Position numbers and translations under genes: made by a program. Shown here piece after piece: positions 27,704-37,211 of a stretch of 64,000 nt of DNA. Source of the DNA: an uncultured archaeon (GTDB taxonomy: Archaea; Asgardarchaeota; Lokiarchaeia; Sigyniarchaeales; SOKP01). The DNA lies in assembly GCA_964493715.1 (NCBI GenBank), contig CAZBPC010000001.1, positions 87,032-151,031 of the forward strand, given 5' to 3'. The stretch's first letter is position 1. Every line of letters begins with the position of its first letter. Under the pieces are notes generated by a model, which worked only from the letters and a program-made list of their open reading frames with translations, did not search any database and was not told where the DNA came from.

Positions 27704-28861
27704 TTATTTTACTCTTTTTTGGACAACTACATGCTCACGGAGCGGTTTTGCGTGAGGAAATATCGTTTGCACAGCTTGTTCGTTATTTGCCCAGATTGTG
27801 GTGCCTTCAATGAAGGAGATTCCAGCAGCGACGACTATTGGTTTTCCCATGTTGTGAATGGAAGAGAACATTCCTTTACCTGCATGTTGTTTCGCAATCA
27901 TTACAGTGTCCACATTGCAATGCGTTAATGTTTCTCCAAGCCAAAGTTGGTACAAATTTGGAAGTGTCATTATTAGACCAGCAATCTTATCTGTTTCTTT
28001 TTCAAAAGCGACATGCACCCACGTCACCACTTTTTCTAGATCACAAGAATTATACGCTTCAAGGAATTCTGGAACATGAGTAATATTTCGAGGATCGATG
28101 AGTAATTCATAATATCCTGGAGGTATTTGAGCATAGTGATACATCATCTCATCAAACCGAGACGATCCTCCCGGGGCGTCAGCTAAAATGGAATAAAATG
28201 AGTTTGCAGCGAGATCCAAAATTTCCTCCTTGCGACTAATTAATTCTTCAAGCATGAGATAACCCAAGCGATATTCAGGTCCAACAATATCCCCTTTTTC
28301 CCACGGTTTATCAATAACGTGAACGCAACTATATTTCGATTCTGATTCGTATCCTAGTTCATTGAGAAATTCCAAAATTCGGGATTCTGGATGGTTAAAA
28401 TTCACGCCATTCAGCATTGGGGCATCAAACCCTTCAGTTTGTATTCCTATTCCCCCTACTAATTTAGGATAATTAATCGGACCGCGCAACCTTCGAAGTT
28501 TATGTTCCTTGGCAAACATTTCACACTGTTCCATGAGCACGGCACAAGTTTCTAAGTCATCAGCTAATAACCATCCGAAAGTGGTTGCCTTTCTAGAATA
28601 TGATCGATAATCGGGATCGATTTGGCAGATAACGAAACCGGTGGGAATGTGCTCTTTTAATACGATGAACATGCTCGCACTATTTTCCGGAGAATCGAAT
28701 TTTTCTTCATAATAATCTAAGATTTCCTGTATTATCCTTGGCTTTAATCGTTCATCGGGCACGTATAAAAGTAATTCTAAAGCTTGGTGAGCGAGTGAAA
28801 ACAGTTGAAAAGTGTTGATTTCTAACACGCCAATATTTTGAGCTAAAATTATCATGTACAA
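27704..28861 (-). CDS. Hypothetical protein, GNAT-like acyltransferase fold suspected
   Basis: The segment FGWLLADD...MFAKEHKLRRLRGPINYP...GFDAPMLNGVNFNHPESRILEFLNELGYE resembles a family of two-domain GNAT-like proteins. Judged by eye only. Confidence 0.35.
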   Translation of the reverse strand: MYMIILAQNIGVLEINTFQLFSLAHQALELLLYVPDERLKPRIIQEILDYYEEKFDSPENSASMFIVLKEHIPTGFVICQIDPDYRSYSRKATTFGWLLADDLETCAVLMEQCEMFAKEHKLRRLRGPINYPKLVGGIGIQTEGFDAPMLNGVNFNHPESRILEFLNELGYESESKYSCVHVIDKPWEKGDIVGPEYRLGYLMLEELISRKEEILDLAANSFYSILADAPGGSSRFDEMMYHYAQIPPGYYELLIDPRNITHVPEFLEAYNSCDLEKVVTWVHVAFEKETDKIAGLIMTLPNLYQLWLGETLTHCNVDTVMIAKQHAGKGMFSSIHNMGKPIVVAAGISFIEGTTIWANNEQAVQTIFPHAKPLREHVVVQKRVK

Positions 28862-28898
28862 TCATATGCATGGATCTATTTAAACAAAAAAAATTGAT

Positions 28899-29840
28899 TT
28901 AATAAATAAGACTATTCCTTGTTGTCTTTTTCATTAGAAAAGCAAGTAAGACGGCAAAAAGTAAAATTCCAATTGATATCGCTTGTATTTCAATCGGCAT
29001 GTAGAGAGAATTTCCTGGAGGAGGATCGTTACTTATTGGTGGATCAGAGTTATCTAGCGTGACAACAACAATGAGATTCAAGCATGTTTCTAAGTTATCG
29101 ATTAAAACCTGAATTTTATGAATACCTGGATTAATGGTTTGAAAATGAAATGTTAGGAACAATTCATTCAAAGCTTGATCTTGATAAATGATAAAATGAT
29201 TATCGACGGGATCGTCAATAAACATGTTTATAGCGGCTAAACTGTTAACTAGTGGAGTGATTAAGGCAATATTAATTGTATAGGAAAAGTTAGGATTAAG
29301 TGAAACGGAGACCTCACGTAACGATTCGCTTTGTGAGAAGCAAAAGCCATTCAAGGCAATTATTTCATCATCTTGATCAAAGAGATCCATAAAATTTACT
29401 GTTCTTTCAATTTTCAAGTGAAGATTCAAAGTGAACTGAGTAATAGCATCCATTGTAATATTATAAGCCCCTTCAGTAACCATGCCAAGCTGAATCTCTT
29501 TAGGTTGTTGATCTACCGTTCCTTGAAAAAGGTTGTAATGATTTCCACTTGGATCAGTCAATGTCATGTTTATCTCACATTGATGAGGAGTCACGACTTC
29601 AAGAGAGAAATCATACATCCAATCCTTTTCAAAAAGTAAATCTTGAAGGAAAATCTGATCATTTGGGCTAAATACAGTATGAGTAGAATCCCAAATTAAC
29701 TCTTTACTTGAAGTATTCAGATTTAAATTTTTATTTAAAACGGATTGGAATTGAATCTGACTCATTACCAATAATATTATGATACTGCTTATCAAGATAT
29801 ATTCCAAATGAATCTTCCTAATGCCGTGATATTTTTTCAT
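28899..29840 (-). CDS. Membrane-anchored extracellular protein, paralog of 60667..61710
   Basis: Signal anchor at the N-terminus and a C-terminal TM plus basic tail (ISIGILLFAVLLAFLMKKTTRN). Shares VTPHxC...DP... and HLKIE blocks with the 347-aa protein. Confidence 0.5.
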   Translation of the reverse strand: MKKYHGIRKIHLEYILISSIIILLVMSQIQFQSVLNKNLNLNTSSKELIWDSTHTVFSPNDQIFLQDLLFEKDWMYDFSLEVVTPHQCEINMTLTDPSGNHYNLFQGTVDQQPKEIQLGMVTEGAYNITMDAITQFTLNLHLKIERTVNFMDLFDQDDEIIALNGFCFSQSESLREVSVSLNPNFSYTINIALITPLVNSLAAINMFIDDPVDNHFIIYQDQALNELFLTFHFQTINPGIHKIQVLIDNLETCLNLIVVVTLDNSDPPISNDPPPGNSLYMPIEIQAISIGILLFAVLLAFLMKKTTRNSLIY

Positions 29841-30262
29841 ATGTTTCCCCTAATTTTTCCAATGTAAGTGAAAAAATGAGATTAAGCATAAGCTAATTAA
29901 ATGGGTATAAATTTTAGCTTACTCCAAATTCCATTCGCTCTGAATTGCATGTTGTGTAAAACAGTCGCCGATAAAAAAGATCTAGACTGCCCTAATTTAA
30001 TAATGTCTTTACACCCAAATTGTACAATAAAACAATTGTTTATAAAAAAAAATAGAATGAATTATAATTCTAAGTTCTCTTCCTTAGGAAGATCAAGTTT
30101 TTTTATTACTTCTTCTATTTATATCATGCTAACGTTTTCATGATTCGCAATTTCTTGAATAGTCCTCCCTTTATCGAAATATTGCATTTTTAATCATTCT
30201 TTATCCTTATAGTGTGCTTTTTTTCTTCAAAAGTAATTTTATTTTTTAATATAAAAAGTAGT

Positions 30263-31495
30263 TTAGGCAACTTTCAACCCAACCATAGAAAAAAGTTCTT
30301 TCCCTTGGTCTAAGAGTTCAATTCGTTCGATTTCACCATCATAATAGTTAAATACCACGCTATCATCATAGTATTGTTCATTCTCATCAAGTTGCCAGCA
30401 AGGTACGTACCCTCGTGCCCTGAAACCAAAATCATAGAGAATCTGTTGGTTTTGTGGCTCGTGTGCGGATGTAAAAATTTCACAATAACGAATGTCTTGC
30501 TCAACCATGCATTTCTTAAATTCTTCAATAAACACTTGAAACTCTTCTAATGAATCCATATGATATTTTACTTTTTCATAATTTTTCACTGAAGGCGTGT
30601 GTAGAAATGAGAAGTAAGATTTACTTCCTTGAAGAGTTAAACAGAAATGTTCATAACCATGTTTATCTTTTGATACTTTTCTTTTTACTTTCGATCTTAA
30701 TTCAGTGATTTTTTGTTGGTCTAATTCCAAGTGAGGAGATACCAATTGAAAAAATCCCAATTGGTACAAGTTGTCAGCAAACAAGAATGGTTCCAATGCA
30801 TTTTCAATTAAAGCAGGTACCTTTTTTGTACGATAGTTATTTAGAGTTTGTTCATTAAATATTAAACCCATTACATCACTTTCCACTGATCCATAGAAGA
30901 TATCCTTGTTAGGAAAAATCGCGACTGTATCAATCCCACATAGAGCTGTCATGTGCTGGAGTGCTGCATGGGCTGTTCTGTTTTCGCAATGCCACATTAC
31001 CACCTCATCCTTGAACGTTGACCACATCCAGTAGTAAGAGCCCATGATGACTTTTATGACATCTACCACACCATGAAATTGCTTGCGTAGCATAAATCCA
31101 CCCATATAGCCTTTTTTTTCTTTGGGGTCGATAACACAGCGAAAACAACCTGCAGAATATTCTCCAACTTTAAACAAGATGAAATGATGATTAGGGTCTT
31201 TAATAAGCTTTTTAATCACCTTTTCATCTTCCATTTCGCGGTATGGATACGAATTTTCGTAAACCTTTTTACATATATCTGCTAAATCCTTCGCGTCCTC
31301 TGTGCGTGCAAGTTTTAACACTGGACTAATCTTGGTACTTGCTTCTCGTCCTTCTATCAAAAAATCGAGTTCCATTCCGTTCTCGATATCCAAATCAAGA
31401 ATTCCTTCGAACGCTTCAAGGAAAGCTTCTATTGATTTTGGGTACAAGTATTCGCGCGGGATGATAGGACAGGTTAGTATTTCTTGGGTAATCAT
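30263..31495 (-). CDS. Hypothetical protein (possible GNAT-like domain)
   Basis: A 410-aa ORF with coding-like composition. DAKDLADICKKVYENSYPY...FILFKVGEYSAGCFRCVIDPKEKKGYMGGFMLRKQFHG is reminiscent of an acetyltransferase core. Weak. Confidence 0.3.
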   Translation of the reverse strand: MITQEILTCPIIPREYLYPKSIEAFLEAFEGILDLDIENGMELDFLIEGREASTKISPVLKLARTEDAKDLADICKKVYENSYPYREMEDEKVIKKLIKDPNHHFILFKVGEYSAGCFRCVIDPKEKKGYMGGFMLRKQFHGVVDVIKVIMGSYYWMWSTFKDEVVMWHCENRTAHAALQHMTALCGIDTVAIFPNKDIFYGSVESDVMGLIFNEQTLNNYRTKKVPALIENALEPFLFADNLYQLGFFQLVSPHLELDQQKITELRSKVKRKVSKDKHGYEHFCLTLQGSKSYFSFLHTPSVKNYEKVKYHMDSLEEFQVFIEEFKKCMVEQDIRYCEIFTSAHEPQNQQILYDFGFRARGYVPCWQLDENEQYYDDSVVFNYYDGEIERIELLDQGKELFSMVGLKVA

Positions 31496-31638
31496 GAGTC
31501 TTTATTTAATGTTATTAGACAATAATAACCATCCAATAAAACCTATCTATATAAAGGAAAAATGACAAAATTGGCAATGATGTCATAAATTGTGATTTGT
31601 TTTTTTTTATATAGATACGAATTGAATTATCAATTAGA

Positions 31639-32484
31639 ATGTTAGAATTAGAATCAAAATCGAAATGGTCTCAAGATTATTTGCATCAAGTTAGTCGTAA
31701 CATAGGACACGTCACTCTGGAAGAACAAGAAACTCTTCGAAAAACTCCTATTGGCATATTTGGAGTGGGGGGATTAGGAGGATTACTTTCTGAACAACTA
31801 GTTCGTACGGGTTGTGAACACTTAGTCATTTGTGACAGAGATAAATTCGAACCATCCAACTTGAACCGCCAAATTTGTAAAAATAAGCACATGGGGCACC
31901 AAAAAATCGATGTGGTTGCTGAACACTTGGAAAATATCAATTCCGACGTTCAGGTAGACAAATTCAATGCTGTTAATCTTCACACCATAGATAGCTTGCT
32001 TAAAGACGTGAAAATTGTGGCCTTGACATTGGACGATCCTATAGGTTCAATATTAATTGCCCGCGAATGCAGAAAAAGGAATATTCCGATGGTAGAAACG
32101 TGGGGAATTCCCTACATCTGGTCTTTTTGGTTTACTCAACAAAGTATTGATTATGAAACTTGCTATGATCTTGATACTCATGACATGACCATCGAAGAAC
32201 TATTCGTATCAGGGATGACTAGTTTCGGAGATTTATTTCCAAAACTAACCCAATTTCCTCGTATCGGCGAAATGTATGACCGATATCCTGGGATGTGGGA
32301 AAAAATGAAACGAGGAGAAGTTCCTTACCGCTCGTTTGCGCCCTTTATTGGAATAGCTGCGTCTTACTTATGTGCAGAAATAATTTTTGCAGGTATTCTT
32401 GGAGTGAAATCAATGAATTTGGCACCTAAAGTTGTCGGGTTCGATTACATGAGAATGATTCCATTTCAATTTGAAATGGAATAA
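31639..32484 (+). CDS. ThiF/MoeB/HesA-family E1-like adenylyltransferase
   Basis: IGIFGVGGLGGLLSEQLVRTGCEHLVICDRDKFEPSNLNRQ is the nucleotide-binding GxGxxG plus DxD...NLNRQ signature. No CxxC zinc motifs are visible. Confidence 0.85.
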   Translation: MLELESKSKWSQDYLHQVSRNIGHVTLEEQETLRKTPIGIFGVGGLGGLLSEQLVRTGCEHLVICDRDKFEPSNLNRQICKNKHMGHQKIDVVAEHLENINSDVQVDKFNAVNLHTIDSLLKDVKIVALTLDDPIGSILIARECRKRNIPMVETWGIPYIWSFWFTQQSIDYETCYDLDTHDMTIEELFVSGMTSFGDLFPKLTQFPRIGEMYDRYPGMWEKMKRGEVPYRSFAPFIGIAASYLCAEIIFAGILGVKSMNLAPKVVGFDYMRMIPFQFEME

Positions 32485-32514
32485 TCTTTTTTTTCTTTCT
32501 AAAATTTCTTGAAA

Positions 32515-33378
32515 TTAAGGAAACAGTTTTATAAGGAGGTTGCTTAATTGATGTTGTTCCCAACTATTCTTCGATGCCTTTTTTGCCATGTAATTAGTAA
32601 GTAATACTCTTGCTCCTTTGTATGCAATCTTTCTATCTCTATCATTAGATACTAGTGTATTCACTTTTTCTTTCACATGGAATTCCATTAGGAACTGAAG
32701 CACTCTAAAAAAAACATCGTACATAAGAAGTCTGTCATCCTCATAGATCTCTTTTCCATTGTGAACAGCATCGTTTCTTGCCTTGTTTAATAGGATCAAA
32801 TCCTTCTCTAATTCGATGGGAAATTTTAATTCTTTTATCTTGTCTGGCATTGGTAGTGTATCATCTTTTTCAAATACTCTCTCGTGATATAGCTCGATAT
32901 TACCGATTAACCGGATCAAGAATCGAAACTCGTCTTCAACTCCTTTTTTTTCTAAGTTAAGGTAATCAAACATTTTTAACCAAGAATCAATATTAATTAC
33001 TTGTAATTCCTTTTTAACTATTTTTTCTATAGAATAGACAATATTATTATCCTCAATATTACTTATTCCATTTTTTTCAATTACTATGGTTCCTTGCACT
33101 AACCCTTGGATTCTTCTGGCAATCAACTCGAGTAATTCTTCTCGTTCCTCAAATTTTTGTTCTAATTCTGATGCATGTAAATCCATTGTTTCACTTTTTG
33201 AATTATTATTTTCTTGTAGGTTCTTGATAAAGAAAGGAAACAATTCGATAATCTCATCTAATATTATAGCACGCTGGTTTAATATAAGTTGCTTCATCTC
33301 TTTTGGGCTGATTTCATTTCGAGAAAATTGGATGATTTTTGTTTTGAGTAAATCAAGCTTATCGTGATCAAATATCAC
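32515..33378 (-). CDS. Hypothetical protein with C-terminal HEPN-like RNxxxH motif (last gene of four-gene operon)
   Basis: LILLNKARNDAVHNGKEIYEDDRLLMYDVFFRVLQFL: R201-N-D-A-V-H206 (nt 32761-32778) in a helical context, as in HEPN/DUF4145-type domains. The N-terminal half is coiled-coil-like. Confidence 0.35.
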   Translation of the reverse strand: MIFDHDKLDLLKTKIIQFSRNEISPKEMKQLILNQRAIILDEIIELFPFFIKNLQENNNSKSETMDLHASELEQKFEEREELLELIARRIQGLVQGTIVIEKNGISNIEDNNIVYSIEKIVKKELQVINIDSWLKMFDYLNLEKKGVEDEFRFLIRLIGNIELYHERVFEKDDTLPMPDKIKELKFPIELEKDLILLNKARNDAVHNGKEIYEDDRLLMYDVFFRVLQFLMEFHVKEKVNTLVSNDRDRKIAYKGARVLLTNYMAKKASKNSWEQHQLSNLLIKLFP

Positions 33379-33425
33379 TTTTTCTGCTAGTCCCTTAAGA
33401 ATATCTATTGAATTTATGTTCGTTG

Positions 33426-36400
33426 TTATGCGTTCTCTCCTCCTTGTTGGATGCTGGTATACTCTTCTAATACCTGAGAGATCTTTTGGTGAGATTTCAA
33501 TAATTCATGACATGCTTCTTTCTGGGTTTCAACAGAAATCGTAAGTGTTGATGGATAAGCAAGATAATTAAATACGTCCTCTTCAGATAAAGGAAACCCA
33601 TCCATTGTAACTAAACTTTTCAAGAAACTCTCTCTTGATTCAAAAACTCCGATTTCGGGGAGTTGTTCTATTCGAGCTTGAATGTTGGAAACATACATCT
33701 CGGATAGATCTTGAGCGATGATTAATGCATGTTCGAGATTTCCCTTGTTTAAATCCCTCTCTATTTGGAACAAGTTCCATTGCAAGATATCAATCAATTC
33801 GGAACGAATAATAGCTTTTACACTTTTTACGGGTAGTTTTTTTATCATTGATCCTTGAGTTGGGAGGAACTTAAAATCGGGAATGGATTCAGATTGCTGG
33901 TCCATTATTTCAAAATCGATGTTGGCAATTGTTTTCCTTCGTGTTTCATAATAATCTTCTAAGACTCTATCAAACTTTGGTGAGACTTGGTATGAAGAAC
34001 GAACGGATTGACCACCACTGGCTTGAGCAGGGTGACTCTCTACCAAGTAACCCCTATTGAAAAGGATATCTAAAATCTCATCCCTCATCTTATTCACTAT
34101 TTTCCTATCTTGATTTATCAATGATAATTTGGAGTATAAAATATTCTTAAGTTCTTCTCGAATCTTGCTCTTATATAAATTACCTACCGTATGTACGGTT
34201 TTCAAACTTTCCAAGAAGGTAATGATTTCAGGGATCAGATGAGAATATTCCCCCATATCCTTTTCAAACACCGTTTTTTGTGCCCGTTCCAAGATCACTC
34301 TTTCAGCATTTTTCATATTAAATCCTTGGGCATCCATGTGAGTGATAATTTCCTTCCAATCGAGTGAGTCTAATTTCGCTAATTGACTCGAGTCAATTTT
34401 CACCGGAAATGGTTGATAAATATCAGTACGTTTCATTATCGCTTCAGGAGGACTCATGGTCATTAAATAACGTGTTTGATACAACTCATTACGAGATTTA
34501 CTATACATGCCCGTTCCATGCATTTCTTCAAGGTTTAACAAGTTTCTAAGAGTGGATATGTCACGAGGATCGATCGCTTTAAATGCAATGTAATTATCAA
34601 GGATGGTGAGCACGTGTGGATGGAGATGATGTACTTGATCGGCAGAACAGATGAAGCCAAATCCTTTTTGCAATAATGGAGTCATGAACTTGGATATTTT
34701 CCCATATTTCATCGGTTTTTCAAGAAAGTAGACATCAAATATGAGATCCAGATGGGGAATAACTAAAAATTTGGGGATATACTGATCATTAAAGTTTAGA
34801 TAATGAATAAATTTTGCCACCATCAACCATGTAAAAAAGACCTGTTTATTTAAATCCGATGATCCTGAGATATCTATGATTATGGTTTTATCCGTTTTTA
34901 AATACTCTAAAACTGATGAAACAAAATTACTCTCTTCATATTTACTAAACAAGTATGTAGTATCTTCTGCTGAGAATTCTTCAAGAGTAGCAATGATTGA
35001 TTCGACGCCGTTTCTTTTTTCGTGGTCTGGTAAATTTTTTACATGAGTTACAAGCGTGGAATAATCAACACTAGAGTCATCGTCTTTTTTAATTGAGGAG
35101 AGCTTCGAAAGTGAATTTTTAAACAATGTAACCGTTCCCTCATCTTTCTTAAAGCTCATTTCATATACATCTAACATCAAGTTCAAAAACTCGAGATTGT
35201 GGGCATCGTATGAGATCTCAGAATGGATGGGATCGATCGTAATGGTTCTCCCTAATTTATAGTAAAGAATCGAATTTTCATGTTCCGTTCCCTTAAAAAG
35301 CCTGATCATTTTTGACCAATTGCCTGAATAATCAAAAACAATGGAATTTTGATTTTGCTTGATGAGTTCAGCAACTATAAGCATTGAAACTGTTTCCCTA
35401 TTTTGAAATGTTCCATTCGTGATTAAAGAACGTTTAGCTTGAGCTTCTGTGAATCCAGCGTCAATTTCTCTACCTAAAAACTCAGTATTGATAGTAGTTC
35501 CGATATTTATATAACTTTCTAATTGTAATGGAGTATTAAATTCCGCAGCAATTTTAGTTTCAATTCCTTTCTTGAATTCATTAGCAATGGTGATGAAAGA
35601 AGTTAATGTGGTACCTTGTGTGATCATGTAAGGTAAGTAAGAACCTTTTAACTGAGTAAACCTGGTTTTGAGTGAACTCACGGTAAGGGCAGATTCCAAG
35701 TGATTTTTTTTGAGTGGTTTTATATTAAAAGTAGAATAATACGAATGGAATGAAGTTTTAAGGATTATCGCATTCTCCCGAAGCTGAGATTCAAGGTCTT
35801 GAAAATCAGCAGTAGAGACGTTTTTCACACGTTTATACACGTGAGTAGTATAAATTCCTACTGTTTTCCATATGCCGGCTCTTTGTATCATCCACTTGTC
35901 TTCTTCTCGCTTATCTCTTATCTTATTCATGTGATATTGTTTTTCTGATCGACTCAAGTATTTTTTTCCTAATTTATAGAATCGATAGTAAGAAATTGCG
36001 CCGGTAATTACCGTGGTTCCAAAGGATATTCCTTGAGACATGAGTGAGCCATAGAATTTGCTATCATATGCATATACAGGTAATTTAACTTCATCCACGC
36101 TAAATGCTTTCAAACCTCCCAATAAATTATCTCCTATCTGGAAAAAAATCGTCTCAGGCGCTCGTGAAAAGCGATAGAAACGAATATCACTAAAAGGATT
36201 TATGGGAATGATCTCAGGAGAATTAAAATTCTTTTTTGAAAAAAGCTGAAACAAGGGTTCTTTCCACCAGCCCATGAGAATCAATCCTATCACTATACTA
36301 GATGATAAAATTGTCAGAATCCCATTTTTCCAAACCGCAGAAACCAATCCACCAACAACTATTGCAGTGATTAAGGTCATTATTGTTTTGGAAATAATTT

Positions 36401-37211
36401 TCATCGTTATTTTGATGTTATTCTTTATAGGATTACTTGGAGGAATATCTTGTTTGAGAAATATGGTTCTCAAGGCTTGTACGGCTTCATTTTTCTGCAA
36501 TAGAGTTATCTTGTAATGATGAAAGTTAGGGACAAAATCCGAATTGATAGTCAATGTTTTTGAGTGCAATGTTTCTAAGAATCGATTGAATCTATTTTTG
36601 GAAAAAATACCCTTAATCTCGTGAGATACTGCAAAATAGATAATAGTCCGAAATGGTGTCATTCTTGCCCCGTTTATCTCTTTTTTCAATGATGATATTT
36701 GCGTGGATGGGGTTAAGATGGGCTGTTGTATTACCTGGTAGGTAATGCTTTGAAAACGAGTTGAAAGCACTCTGATAAATTGCGTGATATTAGCATTAAC
36801 ATTTTCAGGCAACACCTCTACCCGAAAAATTCGTATTCCCACTGTGAGCAAATCTTCTCGATTAGTAAAAAAGATGGAATTTTGATCCTTGTTCAATTGC
36901 CAGAATGATAAAGATTTAAAAGGATTAAACGGTTGAGTAAAAAAACTTCGAGTTGAAAATATTAAAATGAAGACTATCATGAAAAACACGCAAAGAGGAA
37001 CGATTTTGAACAAGTCTGATGATAATAGATAACCATGTATTGCAATGACAGTGGTTAGTCCTAATAATACCCCTCGTTTAATCCGTACTGTATTTTGAGT
37101 AACATCTTTTTTAACGGGGCTTAAGGGCCAGATGTTAAGATACTTCTTGCTTTCATTTTCGTCTTCTATTTGGATTATTTTTGGTTTTAAATATTCAGCG
37201 TAATTTACCAT
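33426..37211 (-). CDS. Large (1261 aa) four-TM protein with HerA/VirB4-like P-loop domain carrying degenerate Walker motifs (hypothetical)
   Basis: Two TM hairpins (aa about 47-87 and 272-316). aa about 565-900 follow the HerA/VirB4 motif order, but Walker A is LITNGTFQNRET (not GxxGxGKS/T) and Walker B is KFLVIPHLDLIF (not hhhhDEAH). Also IVFDYSGNW and GFGFICSADQV. Confidence 0.4.
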   Translation of the reverse strand: MVNYAEYLKPKIIQIEDENESKKYLNIWPLSPVKKDVTQNTVRIKRGVLLGLTTVIAIHGYLLSSDLFKIVPLCVFFMIVFILIFSTRSFFTQPFNPFKSLSFWQLNKDQNSIFFTNREDLLTVGIRIFRVEVLPENVNANITQFIRVLSTRFQSITYQVIQQPILTPSTQISSLKKEINGARMTPFRTIIYFAVSHEIKGIFSKNRFNRFLETLHSKTLTINSDFVPNFHHYKITLLQKNEAVQALRTIFLKQDIPPSNPIKNNIKITMKIISKTIMTLITAIVVGGLVSAVWKNGILTILSSSIVIGLILMGWWKEPLFQLFSKKNFNSPEIIPINPFSDIRFYRFSRAPETIFFQIGDNLLGGLKAFSVDEVKLPVYAYDSKFYGSLMSQGISFGTTVITGAISYYRFYKLGKKYLSRSEKQYHMNKIRDKREEDKWMIQRAGIWKTVGIYTTHVYKRVKNVSTADFQDLESQLRENAIILKTSFHSYYSTFNIKPLKKNHLESALTVSSLKTRFTQLKGSYLPYMITQGTTLTSFITIANEFKKGIETKIAAEFNTPLQLESYINIGTTINTEFLGREIDAGFTEAQAKRSLITNGTFQNRETVSMLIVAELIKQNQNSIVFDYSGNWSKMIRLFKGTEHENSILYYKLGRTITIDPIHSEISYDAHNLEFLNLMLDVYEMSFKKDEGTVTLFKNSLSKLSSIKKDDDSSVDYSTLVTHVKNLPDHEKRNGVESIIATLEEFSAEDTTYLFSKYEESNFVSSVLEYLKTDKTIIIDISGSSDLNKQVFFTWLMVAKFIHYLNFNDQYIPKFLVIPHLDLIFDVYFLEKPMKYGKISKFMTPLLQKGFGFICSADQVHHLHPHVLTILDNYIAFKAIDPRDISTLRNLLNLEEMHGTGMYSKSRNELYQTRYLMTMSPPEAIMKRTDIYQPFPVKIDSSQLAKLDSLDWKEIITHMDAQGFNMKNAERVILERAQKTVFEKDMGEYSHLIPEIITFLESLKTVHTVGNLYKSKIREELKNILYSKLSLINQDRKIVNKMRDEILDILFNRGYLVESHPAQASGGQSVRSSYQVSPKFDRVLEDYYETRRKTIANIDFEIMDQQSESIPDFKFLPTQGSMIKKLPVKSVKAIIRSELIDILQWNLFQIERDLNKGNLEHALIIAQDLSEMYVSNIQARIEQLPEIGVFESRESFLKSLVTMDGFPLSEEDVFNYLAYPSTLTISVETQKEACHELLKSHQKISQVLEEYTSIQQGGENA

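Noticed and set aside
29901-30143. 80-aa plus-strand ORF in the spacer between two minus-strand genes
   Set aside because: It is a low-complexity Ser/Phe/Ile-rich translation of AT-rich intergenic DNA with no motif. The nearby TCTTCCttaGGAAGA hairpin plus T-run (about 30081-30108) is more likely a transcription signal, but its strand assignment is unclear.
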